Positions 50,171-62,097 of a DNA stretch of 64,000 nt are shown here, piece by piece. The notes beneath the pieces were generated by a model. That model saw nothing but the letters and a program-made list of their open reading frames with translations, had not been told where the DNA came from and made no database searches. This stretch comes from Cetorhinus maximus. Taxonomy: Eukaryota. Numbering within the stretch: position 1 is the first letter of the stretch; every line of letters starts with the position of its first letter. The DNA lies in assembly GCF_964194155.1 (NCBI RefSeq), contig NC_135891.1:14012001-14076000 (forward strand), written 5' to 3'. A program made the translations under genes and the position numbers.

Positions 50171-50748
50171 GGCAGGCGGGCCCACGCCCGGTCCGACTGA
50201 GCGTAAAATGAAGTCGGTCAAGCGTCCTGGCTTCATCGCGCACTCGCGCGATATTTCATTCAGCGGGCGCGCACCAGAATCGGCAAAGCACCCGCCGGCA
50301 ATCAAAAGGACCTATTAAGGCCTTTAAAAAGTTAATTCAAATAAATTTTTCGTTGCCGGTCCAACCTCACAGTTGGCGGGGCAGGCGAAAACGCCAAGCG
50401 GCCTTTGCACTTTTTTTGGAAACCTCATCCACGGGCTGGGTGAGGTTTCCAAAAGCCAATAAAAATAAAACAAAAGCTTTAACTTTTCATTAATGGCATT
50501 TCCCTGCTCAGAGTCACGGGACATGTTTCATTACGTTTTCATTTTTTGAATTTTTTCTTTCACGTGTCTTCATCTCCCTGAGGCAGCTCTCTGCTCGTCA
50601 TGCTCTCCACGCTCGCACTCCTCCCCCCCGCCCAGCGTGAAATTGCCTTCCAGGCCTGATCATGGGCGGTAATCGGCTTCCCGGCCACACCCCCCCCCCC
50701 CCCCACTCGTCCCCGCCGAGCCCACATGCCAAGGGGAAGATTCTGCCC
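50171..50748 (+). mobile_element. Harbinger-type MITE, family A (internal deletions)
   Basis: Right TIR AAGATTCTGCCC; possible TSD CAG; GAAACCTCATCC..TGAGGTTTCC hairpin. Confidence 0.8.
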
Positions 50749-50961
50749 CAGGATTTGAGGCGTCAAGAACAAGTGGCCACAGATACAAAATTAAGAGATT
50801 AAGCAAGAGATTTAGAATAGAGTTGTGCGGTGGTTCATGCAGAAACTATGTCAACCTTACACTTTAGATTGGCTTGGTGAAGAAAGCAAAGGGATTGAAG
50901 GGGTATGGAAACAGGTTAGGAAAATATGATTAGAACTATTTGCCCATGTAAGGGACAGGCA

Positions 50962-51648
50962 ATATCCATCTCCAGCAAACATTCAATGGCATTACCATCG
51001 ATGAATCCCCCACTATCAAAATCCTGGAGGTTACCTTTGACCAGAAAGTGAACTGCACTAGCCACATAAATACTGTGGCTACAAGAGCAGGTCAGAGGCT
51101 AGGAATCCTGTGGCAATTAACACAGGATTCCTAGCCTCCTGACTCCCCAAAGCCTGTCCACCATCTACAAGGCACAGAAAGATTGTGATGGAATACTCTC
51201 TGCTTGCCTAGATGAGTGCAGCAAGAGCCCGCTTGATTGGCTCCCCATCCACAAACATTCTTTCCCTTCACTACTGATGCACAGTGGCAGCAGTGTGTTA
51301 CATTTACACGATGCACTGCAGGAACTCACCAAGCCTCTTTAGACGGAACCTTCCAAACCCACAGCCACTACCACCTAGAAGGGTAAGGGCTGCAGACACA
51401 TGGGAGTACCACCACCTGGAAGTTCCCCTCCAAACCACTCATCGCCCTGACGTGGAAATATGTTCACTGTTGCTGGGTCAAAATCCTGGAACTCCCTCCC
51501 TAACAGCACTGTGGGTGTACCTACACCACATGGACTGCAGTGGTTCAAGAAGGCAGCTCACCACCACCTTCTCAAGGGCAATTAGGGATGGGCAATAAAT
51601 GCTGGCCCACATAAGTGATGCCCACATCCCATGAACGAATATAAAAAA
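50962..51648 (+). mobile_element. L2/Crack-like LINE 3' fragment
   Basis: Homologous to 30410-31145. Confidence 0.9.
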
Positions 51649-52719
51649 ACTGGCACAAGCTGGTTGGGCAGAATGGCCTATTTCCATGTTATAATCCCTG
51701 TGTGTACCTTAAACACCTTCATTTTTTTTTTAAATGGGCACTTTACAATATTTATACAGAATATCAGAATGTGTATGTTATGGGGCACAATGAAAATCTT
51801 TCTGGGATCTAATTATCCTTTCTGTTTCACAATATCTCATATATGAGGACTTTCATCATAAATTATAACTCATCAGATTATGATCACCCTTACATAATTT
51901 TCTGCGTAAGATATTAAACCACACAAGTACATTTATAATGTACAATGTACTGTACATTGAAGACATTCCATACCTCCCTGTAATATATGATGCATGAAAC
52001 ATTGGATCCACATGAGAATTTGGTGGAACCAGTAAAAGGCCAAGTTGTCCTGTACTGAACAGTACGCTGAACCCACACAGTTCATCTTGTACTATCTCAT
52101 GCAGGACAGTGCAATGAACTTTACACCCTGCAAGACCTTGAGAAGGTTCAGTTTTAAAATAAGATGCTATTTTTTTCCAACTATTGTTACTGTTGTCTGT
52201 TCCTAATCACATTACAGAGACCGATGTAACAATACTAGGAAGCAGCGTTGCCAACACTTGGGCTTTTGCTACCAATTTATTAATTTTGCATGAGCATTTT
52301 GATATGCCCTATTCGCACATATAGACTGGAGAAATAGAGAGAGAGTTGATTTTGGCTATTCCTGTTAACCCAGTGCATTGTGAACATTTAAAACCAGCAC
52401 AAAAAAAGGCAATAAATGATAAGCATATTCACAAACATTGTTAATGCTGAGGGAATGGCAGCACGGTGGGAGATGTAATCTATAGAAGCCACTGAAACTC
52501 AAACTTGCTTAATTGGAAAATCAAAGTTTTATGCATCTATCTTTATATTAAACATGATTCTTTATACCATTTTTGTGTATATGTAAAGTAATTAAAACAT
52601 GATAGAAGAAATCTGTTTCCATGTTATGTGAAGCGTTTCTAAATGACTACAATATTAACTTGGAAGAAATTGAAATGTATTGCTGCCTTTTGTTTAAATC
52701 GTAAATGTAGCTTAAATTT

Positions 52720-53045
52720 AACCATAGAAGCTGCAGGGCACAGGAGGCCATTCAGCCCATTGCTTCAGCGCTGACTCTTTATGAGAACAATCCAACGCTA
52801 ATCCCACAAATTTCTTCTCTTCCCAGAGTGCTTTGATACAAACATTCATCCAGCTTACCCCCAATAAATGCAATGGTCTCTACCTCAACCATTTCTAATG
52901 GCAAAGCATTCAATGTTACAATAATAATACTCTGCATAAAGATATTTCTCCTATACACTCTGTTCAATCTCTTAGTGAAAACCTTAAATTTGAGACCCTT
53001 TTGTCATTAATTCACCAACCAGAGGCAATAGTCTTTCCCTATTCA
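52720..53045 (-). mobile_element. Old CR1 3' fragment
   Basis: GGAGGCCATTCAGCCC tail motif; degenerate NALP/VVE motifs. Confidence 0.55.
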
Positions 53046-53057
53046 TTCCATCAGAAG

Positions 53058-54148
53058 GTGCAGGGGCAAAAGGAAGCCCAAGGTGGAAGGGGCCGCAGAA
53101 GACGCCATTATCCTGCTGCCAGGGTTTACAGGCGGCAATGCAGCTACCTCAATATGCCTCTCCAGGGAGACAGTGACCTCCATTTGTCAGAGGATCGGCC
53201 CTGAGATCAGCTCCGACTGCGTGGGTGGACACCCATGCCAGTGGCTCTGAAGGTCACAACAGCCCTCAACTTCTATGCCTCCGGCTCCTTCCAGGGCTCA
53301 GTGGCGGAACCTGTGTGGAGTCTCCCAATCAGCTGTCTATAGTTACATCAAGCTGGTGACAGAAGCTCTGTTCAGGCGTGCATCAACTTTCATTCACTAA
53401 CGTATGGACGAGGTCAGCCAGGCAGAGCCAGCCAGAGGCTTTTCAGCGATTGCTGAGTTCCCCCGCATCCACAGTGCAATTGACTGCACATAAATGGCCA
53501 TCAAGGCACCAGCGGGTGAGCTGGCTGCCTTCGTCAACTGGAAGGGATTCCACTCCATGATCATGCAGATAGTGTGTGACCACAGGATGCAGATTCTGCA
53601 AGTCTGTACAAGGTCCCCTGGCAGCTCCCATGACGCTTACACCCTGAGGCACTTCCAGGTGCCGAGGCTCTTCAGTGCTCCAGCCCGACTGGAAGGATGG
53701 CTGCTGGGTGACAAGGGCTATTCCCTCAAAAGATGGCTCATGACGCCCCTCCCCCGCCCAAGAACAGAGGCAGAAAGCAGTACAACAGGAGCCACGCCTC
53801 CACAAGGATGTTTTGAGAGAGAACCATAGGACTTCTCAAGATGCGCTTCTGATGCCTGGACTGTTCAGGGATGCACTCCAATACCCCCCAGAGCGTGTGT
53901 CACTGATAGTGGTTGCATGCTGCGCTCTCCACAATCTGGCGCTGAAAAGGTGGGGGGGGGACGCAGTGGAGGAAGAAGATCTTGATGCAGCTGCTCAGGC
54001 AACAGACGATGAGACCAGTAGTGAGTCCGAGGACGAGCACGGTCAGGAGAACGCTGAGGGGATAGACGCTGACCTGGGCAACCTCCAGGGAGGCAGGGAC
54101 ACCCGGGACGCTTTGATCCAATGCTCCTTCAGCATGACTACCAAATAA
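53058..54148 (+). pseudogene. PIF/Harbinger (HARBI1-like, DDE_Tnp_4) transposase, frameshifted
   Basis: VYRRQCSYL, VALKVTTALNFYASGSFQ, IDCT, FVNWKGFHS..QIVCD, PGSSHDA, WLLGDKGY, WLMTP, ERTIGLLKMRF, IVVACCALHN, acidic tail. Confidence 0.93.
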
Positions 54149-54479
54149 GAACCACCATCACCACATGCCGGGACTTCAGGCTCCATACTCGATCCCTGAC
54201 AGGACCAGTTCCTTCGTCAACAACATACACTATGTGCCTTTGCAATAAAGTTTAAGGGGAAACACGTCCATCATGATACCTTGGCTTACCCTGCACCTAC
54301 AGAACAAATGAAGCATCCAGAGGCCAGTTGCACAAAACACATTTAATTAACTGGTGCCTGGCAAACATTCTACAAATTAATATTGACAGCTGTTTTCCAT
54401 CACACCAATAAGCACTGAATGGAAAAATGGGGGAAACAAATATCACCAGTGATAAGCCCGTGTTGTGCTTAGGGTGCTT

Positions 54480-55803
54480 TAAGTTTTCACTTGCGGGTGC
54501 TACACCTAGGTGCTCCCTGCTCGCTGGCACTGACATTGGAGACAGCCAGCTCACTCTGCTGTCCTGTTGGCCTCGATGACCTTGGCGGGCATCCTCTGGC
54601 CAGTGGAGCCTGTGCTGGCCCCGCCTGGGAGGGAGCGGCCAGTGCCATGGCTGGCATCTCCCCAGTCGCCGCAGCCTCATCAGATGCCACGGTCACTGGC
54701 AGAGGGGTGGAGGAACTGGTGCCGTCATCCAGAGCGCCCTGAGAGGAGCCGGTAGAGATGACAGGCAGCTCCTGCGCCAATGTGTGGCTGCTCTGGACCT
54801 CCCTGCTCACCATTGATGGACGGGCACCTTGCTGGGATACTGGGTGCCCCATTCATCTCACACATGGACACTGCCCAGCTGAGGTCATTGCCGGTGTGAG
54901 GACTTGCAGGCCTGAGCGCATCCCCAGGAACCCCTGATGCAGCTCCTGGAGGATCCTCTCCATGGGAGTCGCCATTCTCTCCATGGAGGAGGCAGTGCAC
55001 TCGGCCATGAGGGTCATTGCATTGCTCACGCTCTGCAAGGACTCCTCCACAACGGGCACCATGGCCCGCATTCCCTCACGTATCTCCGCCAGATCCTCCC
55101 ACACACCCTGTTATATGTCCAGCACCTGCTGCCTCATGGACGACTCCAGAGGCTCATCATCAGCCATCAACTGAGCATTGTCCAGGCCCCCAGCCGTCCT
55201 CCGACTGCCAGCGCCCTGGGCACTCTCTGCCTCCACCTGCACCTCAAGTGAGTGTGAAGTGCACTTACCAATGTGCACCGAGATACTAGCCAGTGAGCTA
55301 ATGCCCACCGAGGTGCTGGTATCTGAGCTGGCGCCTGCTTGAGAGAGAGGGTGTGACGCAGGTGTGTTCTGATCGGTGTGGTCCTCAGGGGTCAGGGGTG
55401 GGCCTTCAGGCTCCTCATCCCAAAGAGCTGGTGGCAAGCCTGAAAGGAACAACATGGACATGTCATTAGTTGAAGTCATTACACTGCCACTGTGCATGCC
55501 TGGCAGCCTCATGAGACAGAGATCAGGGTGTCCTCATCTTTCGATTATCAATGGGGATTCCAGGTTCGAGGCTCACATCAGTATAGAGACTACACTGGAA
55601 TGGTTGCAATTACCAACAATCTAACCTCGGTACATTGCACTCTTACCTCCCTGTGGCACCTCAACCTCTCCGCGGCTGCTTGACCGAGGTGCATGGCGCC
55701 TCCCCAGCTCCAGGACCTCCTGCTCGTATCGCGAGAGGATGAGGAGGTGTGGGTGTCCCCCGCCAGTCCGTGACCTCTCAACATTGTTATGGAATGTTTT
55801 CTC
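54480..55803 (-). pseudogene. Harbinger Myb/SANT partner gene, downstream exons (convergent with the transposase)
   Basis: Acceptor CTTTCAG before 55803 then EKTFHNNVERSRTGGGHP; second acceptor CTTTCAG before 55439; coiled-coil-like segment and basic C-terminus (PRCSTRK); the Myb exon itself is missing. Confidence 0.75.
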
Positions 55804-55826
55804 CTGAAAGGACAGAGGAGCATTGA

Positions 55827-56305
55827 TTAGTCCAACTCAGGATGGTGCGTGGTTTGGAGGGGAACTTGCAGGTGATGGTGTTCCCATGTGTCTGCTGCCT
55901 TTGTCCTTCTAGGTGACAAAGGTCACAGATTTGGAAGGTGCTGTCAAAGGAGTCTTGGTGAGTTACTGCAGAGCATCTTGTAGATGGTACACACTGTTGC
56001 CACTGTGTGTCAGTGGCGGAGGGAGTGGCTGTTGAAGGTGGTGAGTGGAGTGTTAATCAAGCAAGCTCTTTTGTCCTGGATGGTGTCAAGCTTCTTGAGT
56101 GTTGTGGGAGCTGCACTCATCCAGGCAAGTAGAGAGTATTCCATCACACTCCTGACTTGTGCCTTGTAGATGGTGGACAGGCTTTTGGGAGTCAGGAGGT
56201 GAGTTGCTCTCTGCAGAATTCCTAGCCTCTGACCTGCTCTTCTAGCCACAGTATTTATATGGCTAGTCCAGTTCAGTTTCTGCTCGATGGTGACACCCAG
56301 GATTG
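55827..56305 (-). mobile_element. L2/Crack-like LINE fragment
   Basis: ILGVTIEQKLNWTSHINTVA..YKAQVRSVMEYS. Confidence 0.92.
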
Positions 56306-56504
56306 TGCCCAAGTCCAAATCCCCACACTGTAAACTAAAAGTGGATGCAACACTGACCCCAGGAATATGCCACTTCCAACCTTTATCCAGTCCAAGCAAC
56401 ACCACCCCCTTAACCTAACAATTTGTTTACCCATGATAATCTAGAGTTTGACAAACACAAGCCTATCAGAGGTCATTACAGGCCCATTTTCTTTTTATGC
56501 CTGT

Positions 56505-56640
56505 TTTCTTTAATTCATTCTTGGGAATATGAGCATTGCTGGCAAGGCCCATACTTATTGCCCACCCCTAAAGGCTTTTGAAAAGGTGATGGTGAACCAC
56601 CTCCCTGAACTGCTGCAGTCTATGTGGTGAATGTATCCCA
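56505..56640 (-). mobile_element. L2/Crack-like 3' tail fragment
   Basis: Reverse complement similar to 31020-31145. Confidence 0.6.
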
Positions 56641-57094
56641 GGTCGACTGCCCTCCTATCTTCTAGGGTTAAGGAATTTGGTTTAGACCAGTCACAAATGA
56701 AGATTGGGTTATTTAATTCCCATTGTGGATATTAGCTGGGCCAAGGATACACTCAGTGTATAACACAACTGTAACCATTCGATGAAGACTACTGTATTCT
56801 CCAATTTGATTGTTCCTTGAGATTTTTCTTGCATTAATGGGTTCATAACATTGCAGAAGTGTGTCATTGGTCCTCTCTGGCCCGTGATGTAGATTTTGAG
56901 AGTTTTTAATGTTATATTTGAAGGCTTTCCCTGGTGGGTTAGAATAAAAATCAGATTGTGAATATTTCAATAATCAGCTGTAAAAGAAACCAGCAGACAA
57001 TGTTTCTGGTGCTTAATTCCTAGAGTTAGTCACATAATTTACATCTTAACTAACCATAGAGTGTTTCCAGATAATGTGCCGAGGTGGTTCATGA

Positions 57095-57400
57095 TAAATG
57101 TACTGCCTATTGTGGAATTAGGTAAATAGATTATGAAGGTGTCAGGTTTGATTCCTGATCTGTGGTGAATTCGCTAATCTTGACAGCTCTACAATTGACC
57201 TATGTTTCCCATGTTGACCTATGTGATGAGGAGGGGCCAAAATCAACCAGAGTTTCTACTTCTGTCTGCTAAACAGTGACTCTGCTGGGAAATATGTGTG
57301 TGGAGAATGGAATTGGGTTTTGTCAAGATGCCCCCACCCAATTGCATAGCCTGACGATGCTCAATAGCTTGGCTCACTGACCAAGTGGCTACTTGAGCAA
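57095..57400 (+). mobile_element. Ancient tRNA-headed SINE remnant (LF-SINE-like)
   Basis: CAGGTTTGATTCCTG B-box-like head; body similar to 22700-22830; family name tentative. Confidence 0.35.
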
Positions 57401-58442
57401 GATACTGGAAAACAGCTGGAATCGGACCTATGTTGGACCCTTCAGAAGAGGTGAAAATGCAACAAAAATAAAAGTTATAGTGTACATTATCAATAATAAC
57501 ATGTTTAATGTGGCAATCTCATGGTTCAGAAACTTTCAAAGTCTTTGTGTGAAACCTTTGATCAAGGCCAATGTATATAATTCACTAACAGTATAAGAAT
57601 CCTCAATGTACTTCATTGTGTTTTCTTTAAATTGGTTGTGTAAGAAAGCTAATAGCACTACTCATTTTTCCCCTAGTTTTAGATTTTTACTGCTTTCATC
57701 TTGTAACTGCTTTAGTTATCAGCATGAATGCTTTATGTTATTTGCCAAAGTTAATCATCTCCAGCTGATCTCATTTATTTTCCTGTTGGTGGTTTTGGTG
57801 CATTCTTAGGTAATTGTAGGGGGGGGTTGGGTAGTAAAGGGTTAAAGTAGAGGCTCCTCCAAATGACCTTAAAGGAAACATTTTCTATTATCATTGTTCA
57901 GCGTACAGTGAATGCTGGTCTGGATTTTATGCCCCCTCCCCCTCACCCCCCCACACCGGGCACGTTTCTGGCAGGGGTGGTGGGGAGGGGGCAGGTACGT
58001 TTGAGGGACGACAAGCCCACCACCTTCCCACCCACCTCCGAGCTGTCCCCCATAATACAGTAGGTGGGCAGGTGCCAAAATTGGCAGCCTGTCTGCCATT
58101 TTTACATAAACAAGTAACCCTCAATTGATCCTGTTACCGGGCCAACTGACCCAAATATTGCACTGCCCGTGCCCTAATACAGCTGGAATGGGCAGGCGGG
58201 TGGGAATGGGCAGGCTGTATTTTAAACACAAGGGTTTAAAAGGCGGGAAGTAAGGGGGGATGTCCTTTGTGGGGTGCACTGTGCGCATCGGGGAGCACCC
58301 CACCCCCCACAAGATGTTACCCCGTACTTTGTTACTCTCTGCCTGGCCTCCCACACCCATCCCTGCCCCCTCCCTCCCTAGGCTGCCTAAACCCTCCCCA
58401 CTCTAAAAGCAAGGGATTTACCTGGCTCTAGCATCTATTGAA

Positions 58443-59685
58443 GGGCGGAACCATCCCAGGTTGGCGTTAAGTTTGGGGAAAAAGGACATTTTACCCGCCA
58501 GCCCCAATGGTGTCTTTTCACACCGTACAGCCCACCCCCATTAAATATGCAGCCACAGGAAACATGCCAGCTCACTGGCGGGCATCCTCTGAATCGCCTG
58601 CAAGCCGTTACCTCACCGTTTCCTCACTCCGGACACCATATCTAAACTGCGGCCGCCCACACAGTTCTCAATGTTTGAAGCCCAGGACTGTTCCAGCAAA
58701 GACATGGCCCTGAAAACCAAGGAGAGTTCAGTGACCTGTCATTTTAATGCCTTTTGGAGGCCCATCATGATGTCCTCCCACCCCCGTTCTGGCCGCAGGA
58801 GGTCCAGTGATCTCACCGCTCTGGCTAGGGAGCCGGTGGCAGTGGTGGTCAATGCCAGTGCTGCACAGAAGGGGTTGGCCATCCAGTGCAGAAAGAGGAT
58901 GAATGATCTCATCTGTGCTGCCAGGGTAAGACAACCATCTCATCACTCTAAACCCACACACTCACATTCACTGGCATCTCAAGGGACATCACCACTCACT
59001 GTCTCACACACACCCTCATATCTGCATCTGGCCTCATCCCCTGTGGAGACTGCTTCCTCAGCCCTCGACATCCTGAGGCCACTTGCACAGATCAACATGT
59101 GTCCCCACACGTGCCCTGGGATACCTCCTTTCCCCAGTACAGCCCTCGCCCTCCAGCCTCTTCCTTTGCCTGAGACTCTTCTCCCCCTTCCCCAGCAAGC
59201 CCTAGCCCTGTAGCCATTGAAAAGCCACCCCCGCATTATGGCTGGTCTGGTAGATAGAAACCTGTCAGTGAGCCCCCTATAAAAGTGATGTGGTGCTGCT
59301 TGGAAAGCCTGGCACTGATGACCACGAGTGCTGTCTGAAGCAAGGTCGGCAAACCAACCTCAAAATCCTGAGTGAAGTGCAGCTCACCAGACGCACATCG
59401 TTTATGTACAGTTGTGAAATACGTTGACATGCAGTCATGATGATGTGCCCGGATGATCCAGCATGGGGGGATGATTCCAGCAGCCAGCGATTATAATTAT
59501 GTGCAGATATATTAAAAATGACATTCCCAACGTCTGAGGTCGGGAAACCCGGCCCGCCATTGACAGGTGAAGCGGACGATCGCAAACTGGTTTCACGCAT
59601 GAAACCAATTTTTGGCCTACCCACCATATTGTCTGCTCATGTCCACAATGATGTCCGACGCCAACAGGGACAGAATATTCTGACC
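58443..59685 (+). mobile_element. Harbinger deletion derivative retaining Myb/SANT exon 1
   Basis: Ends GGGCGGAA ... AATATTCTGACC; MALKTK (ATG 58704) ... VAVVVNASAAQK..IQCRKRMNDL, then donor AGG|GTAAG at 58925. Confidence 0.8.
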
Positions 59686-59737
59686 AAAGTTCTTCCTTGG
59701 CCTGTTTGCAGTCCCAGCAGTCCCAGCATTCCCAGCG

Positions 59738-60561
59738 GTCCATGTCCAAATACAGCAAGACCTGGACAATAACCAGGCTTTGGCTGACAAGTGGCAAGTA
59801 ACATTCATGCTACACAAGTACCAGGCAATGACGATCTCCAACAATAGAGAATCTAACCATCGCCCCTTGACATTCAATGGCATTACCATCGCTGAATCCG
59901 CCACGATCAACATTGACCAGAAACTGAACTGGACTAGCCATATAAATACAGTGGCTACAAGAGCAGGTCAGAGGCTAGGAATCGTGTGACGAGTAACTCA
60001 CTTCCTGACTCCCCAAAGCCTGTCCACCATCACAAGGCACAAGTCAGGAGTGTGATGGAATACTCCCCACTTGCCTGGGTGAGTGTAGCTCCCTCAACAC
60101 TGAAGAAACTTGACACCATCCAGGACAAAGCAGCCACTTGATTGGCACCCCATCCACAAACATTCACTTCCTCAACCACTAATGAACAGTAGCAGCAGTG
60201 TGTACCATCTACAAGATGCACTGCAGAAACTCACCAAGGCACCTTAGGCAGCACCTTTCAAACCCACAGGTGCTACCATCTAGAAGGACAAGGGCAGCAG
60301 ATACATGGGAACACCATCACCCGGAAGTTCCTCTCCAAGCCTCCCAACGGCCTGACTAGGAAATATATCACCATTGCTTCTGTTGCTGGGCCAAAACCCT
60401 GGAACTCCCTCCCTAACAGCACTGTGGGTGTACCTACACCGCGGGAACTGCAGCGGTTCAAGAAGGTAGCTCACCACCACCTTCTCAAGGGCAATTAGGG
60501 ATGGGCAATAAATGCTGGCCTAGCCAGCGACGCCCACATCCTGTTGATGAATAATAAAAAA
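59738..60561 (+). mobile_element. 5'-truncated L2/Crack-like LINE
   Basis: ADKWQVTF..NHRPLTFNG..DQKLNW; poly-A tail. Confidence 0.93.
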
Positions 60562-60796
60562 GGCGGCCACAACTGGGGTTCTATTGTTGCTGAGATAGGT
60601 CGTGCTACTGGCCAATCAGATTTGGCGGCAGTGCTGGAGGGCAAGACTTCCTCCCATGAGGGACAGAAGTCCCACTGTCATCCTGTTTAGCTAGCTGGCA
60701 CTGTGTTATGGTTGTGGGGCAGGCTGTTTTTAGGTTCTTCGGCTGCTGTCTGACTCTTGCAATGGGGGGAACATGAAATGGACGTGAAATCCAACT

Positions 60797-60844
60797 ATAA
60801 AAACAAAAAGCTAAAAGCTACTGCGGATGCTGGAAATCCAAAAC
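60797..60844 (-). mobile_element. Penelope pLTR 3' tail
   Basis: About 45 nt identical to the reverse complement of 8653-8697 (GTTTTGGATTTCCAGCATCCGCAGTAGCTTTTAGCTTTTTGTTTT). Confidence 0.9.
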
Positions 60845-61255
60845 CTGTTGCTGCTGTATAGTAGACCATCCGTCGTATGTGGCAGAAGGTGTAAAATTTC
60901 TTTGGTTCTGTTTTTGATATATTGGTCCAGTTTGATTAGTGTATTCTGTGAGACCTCTGCGAGGATCAGGTGGAAATATATCCTGGGTATCATATGTGTT
61001 TTGAGGATTTCAATCCTCTGGATAGGCCGAAGAGCTGCCTTCTTCAGATTCTCTATCCACATACCGATTCTGGGTCCCCATTGCTCCTCAGCTACCCCTG
61101 CCCATGGGTCGATTCTGGCACCCAGGTATTTCTCCGTCTCTCCTGGTGGTATGTAAGAGATCAGACCTCCTTTCAGCTGCCAGTTCGGCCTAGTGTTGTA
61201 CAGGAACGTCTTCTGTTTGTGGATGAAGTGGAAGCCTTTGGTCTTCCCGGCATTC
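60845..61255 (-). mobile_element. R2-clade non-LTR retrotransposon fragment (RT motif 7/thumb), open frame
   Basis: ETEKYLGARIDPW..LRPIQRIEILKT..IPR..LDQYIK..KEILHL.P.TTDGLLYSS matches the vertebrate R2 pattern EKYLGxxxDPW..PLKPxQK..L..IPRL..LD..IR..K.WLHLP..D..LYS. Confidence 0.85.
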
Positions 61256-61263
61256 ATCCAACT

Positions 61264-61585
61264 GCTATGTTTCAAGGTGGCTATGTTTGTTTAGAGATTG
61301 CCATGTTTGCTTATTGGTGGCCGTGCTTGATTATGGCTGTGTTTGTTTAGAAGTGCTTTTTTATGATGGTCATGCTTAGAATGGCCATCTTTGTTTAAAG
61401 ACAGCCATTCTTGTTTTACAGTAGTCATGCTTATTGAGGTAATGTTTGTTTAGTAGTGGCCATGTTTGTTTTACAGTGGCCATGTTTGTTTAGTAGTGGC
61501 CATGTTTGTTTTACATTGGCCATGTTTGTTTTACAGTAGCCATGTTTGTTTAGAGATGGCCATGGTCATTTGGGGAGGCTATGTT
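61264..61585. repeat. Minisatellite, 20-21 bp unit TGGCCATGTTTGTTT(T)A(G/C)..
   Basis: About 15 degenerate copies, best conserved at 61440-61565. Confidence 0.9.
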
Positions 61586-62097
61586 TTTGACAAAGTTAGG
61601 CACAGGTTTAATTTGTCTGATAAAGCATTTGTTTAAAGCTCTTGTGCACCATTTATTTTGATGCACTTTTTAACCTGTTTAAAACCAAATAGATTAACAA
61701 CCGTGTTAGAACAATACACAGAAATTTTATGCAAACACATTCCCTACTAGATGAAAGGAAATCTCAAGCAGTAAAATCAAAGCAGGAAATCAGCACTGAG
61801 ACCTCAGCAACAGCGATTCACCAAGTGCCTTCAGTGTAACTGTACAACTGGTCACCAGAGATTGAGCAAAGAAGCAGGAAGTTAAACCTTCCATTAGTTT
61901 CTATTGAGAGTGAATCTGATGTTTGAGTCTCTGTGGAAATATAATGGAAACTTTCAGTGGAGTAGATACTTCAATTGCCCAACAGTCAGTGTCAGCAATG
62001 ACATGTTCCCTAAGGGTGAGGTGCAGAGATGAACAGAGATGTAGATTGAAGCAGAGTGTAACTGGTGAATTTCCAGCTTGCTTTTCCTTTTTTTTTT

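Larger units (their letters stand above)
57917..61263. mobile_element. Harbinger-type MITE family C, expanded by three nested insertions
   Basis: Left TIR GGTCTGGATTTTAT; right TIR GTGAAATCCAACT; TSD GCT at 57914-16 and 61264-66. Confidence 0.65.

Noticed and set aside
53058-54148. Domesticated host HARBI1 gene
   Set aside because: Multiple frameshifts and stops, and paired with a convergent Myb partner, so a transposon relic.
60827-61350. Plus-strand ORFs of 109 and 126 aa
   Set aside because: Antisense to the R2 fragment and running into the minisatellite.
61264-61585. CRISPR-like regular repeat
   Set aside because: Units are contiguous with no unique spacers and there are no cas genes; eukaryotic minisatellite.
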